NCBI GenBank assembly: GCA_021845725.1
Contig: JAJZVL010000003.1
Span: forward strand, 1,806-65,805
Source: Actinomycetes bacterium
Lineage (GTDB): Bacteria > Actinomycetota > Acidimicrobiia > Acidimicrobiales > RAAP-2
Length of the DNA stretch: 64,000 bases
Direction of reading: 5' to 3'
In this document: positions 47,773 through 55,185 of the stretch, in pieces
How the letters are laid out: each line of letters starts with the position of its first letter
Numbering within the stretch: the first letter of the stretch is position 1
Notes under the pieces: model-generated
Databases searched by the model: none
Told to the model about the DNA's origin: nothing
Seen by the model: only the letters and a program-made list of their open reading frames with translations
Translations under genes and position numbers: made by a program

Positions 47773-48395
47773 TCGCCCACCCCATCGAGCAGGAGAGCTA
47801 TCGGATCCTCGCCGAACGTCTCGACCTGTCCGGCCTGGCGCCGATCAGCCGGGCGGTCGTCGCCCGCGTGGTGCACGCCACCGCCGACGTCGCGCTGGCC
47901 GCCACCATGGTGCTCGACGAGGCGCAGCTGCGCTCGGCGGTCGCGATGCTGCGCGACGGCGCCCCGGTGGTCTCCGACGTGACGATGGTGGCGGCCGGGA
48001 TCACCGGCCGCGACGCCCGCTGCTTCCTCGACCGGGTACCTCCCTCCGGCGCGCTCGACGCGCCGGCGGTCGTCGGCGGAGCAGCGCCGGCGACCCGAAG
48101 CGCCCGGGCGATGCGCCTCGCGGCGGCGGCGCATCCGGACGGGGCGGTCTTCGTCGTCGGCTGCGCACCGACGGCGCTGGTCGAGCTGATCGCCCTCTCG
48201 GCAGCAGGAAGGCTCGATCCCGGGCTCGTCATCGCCCTGCCGGTGGGGTTCGTGGGGGCGGCGGAGTCCAAGGCGGCCCTGCGGGCCAGCGGGCTGCCGG
48301 CGATCAGCAACGTCGGTGAGCGGGGCGGATCGGCAGCTGCGGCGGCGGCCTGCAACGCGCTCATCCGGGTTGCCGAGGAAGGCCGCAGTGCCTGA
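47769..48395 (+). CDS. cobH: Precorrin-8X methylmutase
   Basis: HPIEQESYRIL..., VVHATADV, VVGCAPTAL and GFVGAAESK. GTGA overlap upstream. Confidence 0.9.
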   Translation: MIAHPIEQESYRILAERLDLSGLAPISRAVVARVVHATADVALAATMVLDEAQLRSAVAMLRDGAPVVSDVTMVAAGITGRDARCFLDRVPPSGALDAPAVVGGAAPATRSARAMRLAAAAHPDGAVFVVGCAPTALVELIALSAAGRLDPGLVIALPVGFVGAAESKAALRASGLPAISNVGERGGSAAAAAACNALIRVAEEGRSA

Positions 48396-49359
48396 GGCCG
48401 TGCTGCTCGTGGCCCATGGGTCGCGGTCGTCCGCGGGGCGCGACGAGCTGCTCGCGCTGGCGGGCGGTGTCGCCGCGGCGCGCGCGGGCACGCAGGTGCG
48501 TACCGGTTTCCTCGAGATGAGCGACCCGCCGGCGTCGAGGGTGCTCGACGAGCTTCTCGACGGCGGTGCTCACGACGTGACCGTGGTTCCGCTCATGCTC
48601 TTCGCCGCCGGGCACGCCAAGTCCGACGTGCCCGCGCTCGTCCTGGACGCGCGGGCCCACCATCGGGGAGCACGCATCGTCTACGGTCGCCCGCTGGGGG
48701 TCGACCACGCGCTCTTGGCGCTGGCGCGGCGACGGCTCCAGGCTGTCGGTGCCCAGGGCCTTCCTCTGGCGATGCTGGCTCGGGGCACCTCGGACCCCGA
48801 TGCGAACGCCGAGGCCTGGCGAGCCAGCCGGTTGTTGGCTGACATGAGCGAGACGCAGCTGGTCGTGACCGGCTTCTCGGGGCTGACGTGGCCGACCGTC
48901 ACCGGTGCGCTCGAGCAGCTGCGACGGCTGGGCGCTCGGCGCATCGCCGTGTTCTCCTGGTTCCTCGCGACCGGCGTCCTGCTGGACCGCATGCGTGACG
49001 AGTGGGAGGCGTTCGCATCGGCGACCGGCGTCGGAGTGCTCGACGCCGGGTACTTCGGCGTCGAGCCGGAGCTGGTCTCGCTGGTATGGGCGCGCGTCGA
49101 CGAGGCCGCTGCGGGCGCAGTCGTGGTGAACTGCGACGTCTGCGCGTACCGACGGCCGTTCCCCGGCGTGTCCGATCGCGTCGGGATGCCGCTCGGCGTC
49201 GGCCACTCGCACCTTGCCGCCGAGCACCGCCACCACGCCGGCGACCACTCCGGCGACCACGCCGGCCACGACTCCGGCGACCACGCCGGCCACGACTCCG
49301 GCGACCACGCCGGCCAGGAGCTGCGGCGACCACGCCGGCCAGGAGCTGCGGCGTGCTGA
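48388..49359 (+). CDS. cbiX: CbiX-long type sirohydrochlorin chelatase (cobalto- or ferrochelatase) with a Cys motif and a His-rich repeat tail
   Basis: Two CbiX half-domains (LLVAHGSRSSAG...PLMLFAAGH and LLARGTSDPDAN...FSWFLATG). NCDVCAY (C-x2-C). The tail is HSHLAAEHRHHAGDHSGDHAGHDSGDHAGHDSGDHAG. Confidence 0.8.
   Translation: MPEAVLLVAHGSRSSAGRDELLALAGGVAAARAGTQVRTGFLEMSDPPASRVLDELLDGGAHDVTVVPLMLFAAGHAKSDVPALVLDARAHHRGARIVYGRPLGVDHALLALARRRLQAVGAQGLPLAMLARGTSDPDANAEAWRASRLLADMSETQLVVTGFSGLTWPTVTGALEQLRRLGARRIAVFSWFLATGVLLDRMRDEWEAFASATGVGVLDAGYFGVEPELVSLVWARVDEAAAGAVVVNCDVCAYRRPFPGVSDRVGMPLGVGHSHLAAEHRHHAGDHSGDHAGHDSGDHAGHDSGDHAGQELRRPRRPGAAAC
49240..49349 (+). repeat. Tandem repeat array at the 3' end of cbiX: a 12-nt partial unit, 24 bp x2, then 25 bp x2
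   Basis: GGCGACCACGCCGGCCACGACTCC occurs at 49252-49275 and 49276-49299. GGCGACCACGCCGGCCAGGAGCTGC occurs at 49300-49324 and 49325-49349. Confidence 0.95.
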
Positions 49360-49439
49360 CGAGGGCTTCACAGAGGCATAGCGCGCGAGGCCGAACACGC
49401 CAGGATCGGCGCGATCCGTCGGGCGCTACTGTCGCGCCC

Positions 49440-49961
49440 GTGCCGCAGCCGTCACGGCTCCTCGTGAACACCGGTCAGGGGAAGGGCAAGAGCTCCGCCG
49501 CGTTCGGGGTGATGGGTCGGGCCTGGGCGAGGGGCTGGACGGTGGGCGTCGTCCAGTTCGTGAAGAGCGACAAGTGGCAGGTCGGCGAGCGCAAGCTCGC
49601 GGCCCATCTCGGGATCGACTGGCATACCCTGGGCGACGGGTTCACCTGGGAGTCCGAGGACCTCGGCGCGACCGAGGCCAGGGGCCGGCACGCGTGGGGC
49701 GTGGCTGCCGAGATGATCTCCTCGGGCCGCTACGACCTGGTGATCCTCGACGAGGTCACCTACATCGTGACCTACGGCTGGGTACCGGTTGCCGATGTCG
49801 TGGCGGTTCTCGCCTCGCGGCCGGAGCGGACCAATGTGATCGTCACCGGGCGCGGCGCCCCTGAGGAGATCGTGGCGCTGGCGGACACGGTGACCGAGAT
49901 GGTCAAGGTGAAGCACGCGTTCGACCAGCACATTCGCGCTCGCAAGGGGATCGAGTATTGA
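49440..49961 (+). CDS. cobO: Cob(I)yrinic acid a,c-diamide adenosyltransferase
   Basis: LLVNTGQGKGKSSAAFG, VVQFVK, LVILDEVTY, and VTEMVKVKH. GTG 49440 is chosen as the start. Confidence 0.85.
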   Translation: MPQPSRLLVNTGQGKGKSSAAFGVMGRAWARGWTVGVVQFVKSDKWQVGERKLAAHLGIDWHTLGDGFTWESEDLGATEARGRHAWGVAAEMISSGRYDLVILDEVTYIVTYGWVPVADVVAVLASRPERTNVIVTGRGAPEEIVALADTVTEMVKVKHAFDQHIRARKGIEY

Positions 49962-51340
49962 CCGTCCTCGGCCCGCGCCTCGTCGTGGCGGGCACGCATT
50001 CGGGCGTGGGGAAGACCGCGGTGGCGACCGGCCTGATGGCGGCGTTCCGTCGGCGCGGTTGGCAGGCCGCGTCCGCCAAGGTCGGTCCGGACTTCATCGA
50101 CCCCGGCTACCACTCGATCGCGACGGGCCGCCCGGCGCGCAACCTCGACCCGTGGATCTGCGGCACGGAGCTGATGGGTCCGCTCGCGGCCAGGGCCGGC
50201 GAGGGTGCCGACCTGCTGGTCGTCGAAGGGGTCATGGGCCTGTTCGACGGCGCGGCGGATCGGACCCCTTCCTCGACGGCCGAGGTGGCCAAGTGCATCG
50301 ACGCCCCGGTGGTCCTCGTCGTCGACGCGGCATCGGTGAGCCATTCGGTCGCGGCCCTCGTCCACGGCTATCGCACCTGGGATCCCGCGGTGCGCGTCGC
50401 CGGGGTGATCTTGAACCGGGTGGGGAGCGACGACCATGAGGCGATGCTGCGGGCCGCGCTGGGCGAGTCGGGCGTGCCCGTGTACGGCGCGCTGCGGCGT
50501 GACGACTCGATGCGGTGGCGTAGCCGCTACCTCGGACTGCGGCCGGTCGCCGAGGATCCTGCCGGAGTGCGCTGCGCGCTCGACCGTCTCGCCGCGGCGA
50601 TCGCCGGGAGCTGCGACCTGGAGGGGCTGGTCCGCCTGGCGCGATCGGCTCCTCCGCTGCTCGCTGCCCCGCCGCCCGAGCCTCGGCGCGTCGTGGGCGA
50701 GAAGGGCTCGCCTCGGGTGGCGGTCGCCGCCGGCGCCGCCTTCAGCTTCTCCTACCCGGACAACCTCGAGGCGCTTGGTGCCGCCGGGGCGGAGCTGGTC
50801 AGCTTCGACCCCTGCCTCGACGAAGGGCTGCCGGCGGGAACGTCTGCGGTGCTCGCCGGCGGCGGGTTCCCCGAGCTGTACGCCGAAGCCCTGGCCGACA
50901 ACCTGCCGATGCTCGGGTCCATGGCCGACCACCATCGCCGCGGCGGGGTGACCTGGGCCGAGTGCGGCGGGCTCCTGTGGCTGGCTCGCAGCCTCGACGG
51001 GTCCGCGATGGCCGGGGTGGTCGACGCGGACGCGACCATGGGCGGCGGGCGCGTTCTCGGCTACCGTTCGGCGACGACGACCTGCCGGTCCCCGCTGGGC
51101 CCGGCAGGCACGGAGATCCGGGGGCACGAGTTCCACTACTCCGCGACCGACCCAGACGGCGACGCCATGGTGCTCACCGGCCGGCACGGGACGACGACCG
51201 GGGGGTTCGCCACCCCGAGCTTGCTCGCTTCCTACCTGCACGTGCACCTCGCTGCCTACCCGGCCATCGCCGAGGCGTTCGTGTCGGCCGCCGCCCGGTC
51301 CTCGCCAGGCTTCGAACAGGCGTCGTCGGCCCAGCGATGA
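49958..51340 (+). CDS. cobB: Cobyrinic / hydrogenobyrinic acid a,c-diamide synthase
   Basis: VVAGTHSGVGKTAVATGLMAAFRRRG, and GATase part AECGGLLWL...GHEFHYS. TTGA overlap upstream and ATGA overlap downstream. Confidence 0.9.
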   Translation: MTVLGPRLVVAGTHSGVGKTAVATGLMAAFRRRGWQAASAKVGPDFIDPGYHSIATGRPARNLDPWICGTELMGPLAARAGEGADLLVVEGVMGLFDGAADRTPSSTAEVAKCIDAPVVLVVDAASVSHSVAALVHGYRTWDPAVRVAGVILNRVGSDDHEAMLRAALGESGVPVYGALRRDDSMRWRSRYLGLRPVAEDPAGVRCALDRLAAAIAGSCDLEGLVRLARSAPPLLAAPPPEPRRVVGEKGSPRVAVAAGAAFSFSYPDNLEALGAAGAELVSFDPCLDEGLPAGTSAVLAGGGFPELYAEALADNLPMLGSMADHHRRGGVTWAECGGLLWLARSLDGSAMAGVVDADATMGGGRVLGYRSATTTCRSPLGPAGTEIRGHEFHYSATDPDGDAMVLTGRHGTTTGGFATPSLLASYLHVHLAAYPAIAEAFVSAAARSSPGFEQASSAQR

Positions 51341-52602
51341 CCCCTGCGGCCACCCCGCCGCCAGACGACGGCGGGGCACCGATCGCCGTCGTCGGCCTTC
51401 ACGGCGGCCACGCCTTCGGCACCGGCGCCGTCGAAGCCATTGCCGCCGCCGACGTCGTCGTCGGCTCGTCACGCCAGCTCCGCTCGACTGCCCCCCTGCG
51501 CGCACCCGAGGCGGACACCGTCGTCCTGGCAGGATCCATGGATGTAGCGCTCACGCGCGTGACGCACGCAGCACAGGCCGGCAGGAGGGTCTGCGTCCTT
51601 GCGTCCGGCGACCCCGGCTTCTTCGGCATCGTCAGGGTGCTGGCGGCAACGGTGGGGAGCGGGCGCCTTCGCGTGCACCCGGCCCCGAGCTCCGTGTCGC
51701 TCGCGTTCGCGAGGCTGGGTCTCAGCTGGGACGCCGCCGTCGTCGTCTCTGTCCACGGCCGACGGCTCGCCGACGCGGTGGGCGCCGTGCGCTCGTCGGC
51801 TCACCGGCCCGTCGCGGTCCTCACCTCGCCGGACAACCCGCCGCAGACCGTCGCTGCGGCGCTGATTGCGGCTGGAGAACCGACGGGGTCCGAGGGGAGC
51901 GCCGTGGTCGCTTCGCGCCTTGCCGAAGAGGACGAATCGGTCACGGTCGCAGATCTGGCGACGATCGCGAAGGGAGCCTTCGACCCGATGTCCGTGCTGA
52001 TCCTCACCGGTCGGAGCCGTCACCGAGCGGCTCGAAGCCTTGCGTGGGGACTGCCGGAAGCCGATTTCGACCACGCAGCCGGGATGATCACGAAGGCCGA
52101 GGTGCGCGCCGTGGCGCTCGGGAAGCTCGACCTGCCTGCGCACGGGGTGCTGTGGGATGTCGGTGCCGGCAGTGGGTCGGTCGGGATCGAGTGCGCCCGG
52201 CTCCGTCCCGGTCTCGAGGTCTTCGCCGTCGAGCGCGATCCTGCGCAGGCGCAGAGGATCCGGGCGAACGCCGCCCGCCACGCCGTGAGCTTCCCGGTGA
52301 TCGAGGGGAGCGCTCCGGACGCGCTGGCCGGTCTTCCCGACCCCGACCGCGTCTTCGTCGGAGGCGGGGGGATCGAGGTTCTCGACGCTGCCCTCGGCCG
52401 CCTCGGGCCCGCGGGCGTCGTGGTTGCCACCTACACCGTCGTCGACCGAGCCGCGGCGGCTGCGTCGAGGCTCGGCAACCTGGTGCAGCTGGCGGTCAGC
52501 CGGGGGGTGATGATGACGACAGGAGGCCCTGGCGTGCGACTGCGCGCCGAGAACCCGGTGTTCATCTGCTGGGGTCCAGATGCCGGTGCGGCCGAGACAT
52601 GA
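51337..52602 (+). CDS. cobL: Precorrin-6Y C5,15-methyltransferase (decarboxylating), CbiE+CbiT type
   Basis: CbiE-like half (ASGDPGFFGI) and SAM-methylase half (LWDVGAGSGSVGIECARL). Confidence 0.9.
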   Translation: MTPAATPPPDDGGAPIAVVGLHGGHAFGTGAVEAIAAADVVVGSSRQLRSTAPLRAPEADTVVLAGSMDVALTRVTHAAQAGRRVCVLASGDPGFFGIVRVLAATVGSGRLRVHPAPSSVSLAFARLGLSWDAAVVVSVHGRRLADAVGAVRSSAHRPVAVLTSPDNPPQTVAAALIAAGEPTGSEGSAVVASRLAEEDESVTVADLATIAKGAFDPMSVLILTGRSRHRAARSLAWGLPEADFDHAAGMITKAEVRAVALGKLDLPAHGVLWDVGAGSGSVGIECARLRPGLEVFAVERDPAQAQRIRANAARHAVSFPVIEGSAPDALAGLPDPDRVFVGGGGIEVLDAALGRLGPAGVVVATYTVVDRAAAAASRLGNLVQLAVSRGVMMTTGGPGVRLRAENPVFICWGPDAGAAET

Positions 52603-52630
52603 GCACGGCAGCCGCCACCAGGCTCTCGAG

Positions 52631-53380
52631 ATGACCGGCATCGCGGTGATCGGCGTGGGCATGGGCGAGCCCGAGCACCTCACCGGCCAGGCGGTGGCGG
52701 CGCTCAACAGCGTCGACGTCTTCTTCGCTCTCGACAAGGGCTCCGCAGCCGACGAGCTCTTCCATCTTCGCCACGACCTGTGCCGGCGCGTCATCACGTC
52801 GCACCCGTACCGGTTCGTCGACGTGGAGGATCCACGCCGGGATCGCGGCGCCGCCGACTACGGTCGAGCCGTCGCCGACTGGATCGCTGCCAGGGCCACT
52901 GCGCTCGGTGAGGCGATCAGGCGAGAGCTCGGGCCAGGTGAGCGCGGGGGATTGCTTGCCTGGGGGGATCCCGCGTTCTACGACAGCACGCTGCGGGTTC
53001 TCGACGCGCTCCTCGACCCGGTGGACGTCGAGGTGATCCCCGGGCTGAGCAGCATCCAGATGCTGGCCGCTGCCCACCGGATCTCCTTGACGCGGGTCGG
53101 TCGGCCCGTGCAGGTGACGACCGGACGTCGCCTGGCGGCCTGCGGCTTCCCGTCCGACTGCGACGACGTCGTCGTCATGCTCGACCCAGAGTGCTCCTTC
53201 CGTGACGTGGACCACGTCGGCGTGACGATCTACTGGGGTGCCTACCTCGGGAGCGAGCACCAGATCCTGATCTCCGGCGAGCTGGATGCCGTCGCCGACG
53301 AGATCGTGGCGGCGCGGGCAGAGGCCAAGCGCCGCCGGGGTTGGGTGATGGACACCTACCTGCTGCGCCGCAGCTCGTAG
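52631..53380 (+). CDS. cobF: Precorrin-6A synthase (deacetylating)
   Basis: MTGIAVIGVGMGEPEHLTGQAVAALNSVDVFF, LAWGDPAFYDSTLRVL and IPGLSSIQMLAAAH. Length approximately 250 aa. Confidence 0.8.
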   Translation: MTGIAVIGVGMGEPEHLTGQAVAALNSVDVFFALDKGSAADELFHLRHDLCRRVITSHPYRFVDVEDPRRDRGAADYGRAVADWIAARATALGEAIRRELGPGERGGLLAWGDPAFYDSTLRVLDALLDPVDVEVIPGLSSIQMLAAAHRISLTRVGRPVQVTTGRRLAACGFPSDCDDVVVMLDPECSFRDVDHVGVTIYWGAYLGSEHQILISGELDAVADEIVAARAEAKRRRGWVMDTYLLRRSS

Positions 53381-53406
53381 CGCGCGGGGCCCGTCGACTG
53401 CCCGGC

Positions 53407-55131
53407 TCAGGCTCCGTGCTCCCCGACCGCGGCGGTTTCCTTGCGTGCGCGGATGGCCGTCAAGAGCAGCTGGGCGGCCAGGCTGGCACCGACGCCTTCT
53501 CCTGAGCGCAACCGCAGCTGGAGCAGCGGCTCCACCCCGAGCTCGACCAGCACCCGCTCGTGTGCTGCCTCCCGGCTGCGTTGGCCTGCGATCAACGCGC
53601 TGTGGACCGCCGGTTCGAGGCGCATCGCGACCAGCGCGGCCACGGAGGTGACCAGCCCGTCGAGGACCACGGGAACCCGAGCACCGGCGGCGGCCACGGT
53701 GAGCCCTGCGAGGAACGCGAGCTCCGGACCGCCCACCGCGGCGAGGGCCACCTCCGGCCTCGAGAGCCCCTTGCCATGAGCGGACCGGGCGCGCGCCAGC
53801 CCCTTTTCCACGACGTCTCGCTTGCGTCGGAGCATCGCCGAGTCGGATCCCGCGCCCAGCCCGACGGCCTGGTCTGGATCCATCTCCACCAACGCGCACG
53901 CCAGGGCAGCGGCGACGGTCGTATTGCCGATGCCGACCTCCCCCAGGCAGACGAGGCCATCTCGGGCGACCCGCCTCCCGACCTCCTCCCCTGCCTGCAA
54001 CAACGTGGCAACGTCGGAGGGGTCGAGCGCGTCGGTGGTCACGATGTCGCCCGGAGGGCGGGTGGCGGTGGGGTGTGCCGCTTCGACGGCCAGGCCGGCC
54101 GCGCGCGCGGCCGCTGCCCCGAGGGAGACGCCAGCACGAGTGGCTGCGAGGACGTCGGCCGTCACCGACGGGGAGAACGCGGAGATGCCGTACCGCGTCA
54201 CCGGGTGGTCCCCGGCTGCGACCACGAGGGTCCCTGAGCTCGGCGGGTCCGGACGAAGCGCCAGGACCCGGTCGATCGCGAGGTCGAGGACCCCGAGCGA
54301 TCCTGGGACGGTCAAGCGGCGGTCACCCTCGTCACGCGCGGCGACGACCGCTGCCGGGTGGGGACCGGCAAGGTGCGACACCGGCGTCGCGGGTCCGCCG
54401 GTGACAGGCCAGCGCTCCTCGATGACGACATCGTCGAGGGGCAGCCGTTCCGACCAGCCGTGCCGCTCCAGTCCGGGGCTGGGCGGTCGCTCGTCCGGCC
54501 AGCCGATACAGAGCCAGCCCAGCGTCTCGACCCCCTCTGGCAAGCCGAGCAGCCCTGCCAGATCTTCGGGCTGGAAGAGCGTCACCCATCCGAGGCCGAG
54601 CCCGACGGCGCGTGCCGCCAGCCACATGTTCTCGACCGCGCACGCGCAGCTCCACATGTCGGTGTCGGCGAAGCTGGCGCGCCCAAGGACGCCCGCAGCC
54701 GGCACTCGCCGGTCGCAGGCCACGACCACCCCGAGAGGCGCCTCCCGGATGCCGTCGAGCTTCAGGTCGAGAAGCCGGGACCTTCGCTCCTCCGTGAGCA
54801 TGCCGGCCTGCCGGAGCCGCTCGCGGTCGGCGATCTGCGCCGCTCGGTCGCGCGTGGCCTGGTCTCGCACGACGATGAACCGCCACGGCTGGGAGTGCCC
54901 GACGGAGGGAGCCTGATGTCCCGCGGTGAGGATCCGGCGCAGGATGTCGGAGGGTACCTCGTCGGGACGGAAGCGGCGCACATCCCGACGCGCCGCGACC
55001 ACCTTGTGCAAGGCCTCCACCGTCGACGCATCGAAGGACCATCCTCGAGGGTGCGCCGCGCGCTCGGCCGCAGACGTCGGATCACCGATCAAGGGGACCG
55101 GGCGCGGCCACACGGCTCCGTCCATGCGCAC
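53407..55131 (-). CDS. Fusion of BluB (5,6-dimethylbenzimidazole synthase, nitroreductase fold) with CobT (nicotinate-nucleotide:DMB phosphoribosyltransferase)
   Basis: N-terminal RRDVRRFRPDEVPSDILRRILTAGHQAPSVGHSQPWRFIVV. C-terminal CobT motifs VVAAGDHPV and GEVGIGNTTVAAALACAL. Confidence 0.85.
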   Translation of the reverse strand: MRMDGAVWPRPVPLIGDPTSAAERAAHPRGWSFDASTVEALHKVVAARRDVRRFRPDEVPSDILRRILTAGHQAPSVGHSQPWRFIVVRDQATRDRAAQIADRERLRQAGMLTEERRSRLLDLKLDGIREAPLGVVVACDRRVPAAGVLGRASFADTDMWSCACAVENMWLAARAVGLGLGWVTLFQPEDLAGLLGLPEGVETLGWLCIGWPDERPPSPGLERHGWSERLPLDDVVIEERWPVTGGPATPVSHLAGPHPAAVVAARDEGDRRLTVPGSLGVLDLAIDRVLALRPDPPSSGTLVVAAGDHPVTRYGISAFSPSVTADVLAATRAGVSLGAAAARAAGLAVEAAHPTATRPPGDIVTTDALDPSDVATLLQAGEEVGRRVARDGLVCLGEVGIGNTTVAAALACALVEMDPDQAVGLGAGSDSAMLRRKRDVVEKGLARARSAHGKGLSRPEVALAAVGGPELAFLAGLTVAAAGARVPVVLDGLVTSVAALVAMRLEPAVHSALIAGQRSREAAHERVLVELGVEPLLQLRLRSGEGVGASLAAQLLLTAIRARKETAAVGEHGA

Positions 55132-55141
55132 GAGGCTAGAG

Positions 55142-55167
55142 CCACCGCGCGCATGCGGGCGCGGTGG
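55142..55167 (-). other. 9-bp-stem hairpin between the ATPase stop and the bluB-cobT start
   Basis: CCACCGCGC (55142-55150), 8-nt loop GCATGCGG, GCGCGGTGG (55159-55167). There is no U-tract. Confidence 0.35.
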
Positions 55168-55185
55168 ACGACGACGGTGCCCCGG

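Noticed and set aside
43032-49349. Short direct repeats (18, 24, 25 and 30 bp) considered as a possible CRISPR array or mobile-element ends
   Set aside because: The units are strictly contiguous with no spacers, have only 2-4 copies, lie inside coding frames and are unrelated to each other. No cas genes or transposase genes are nearby.
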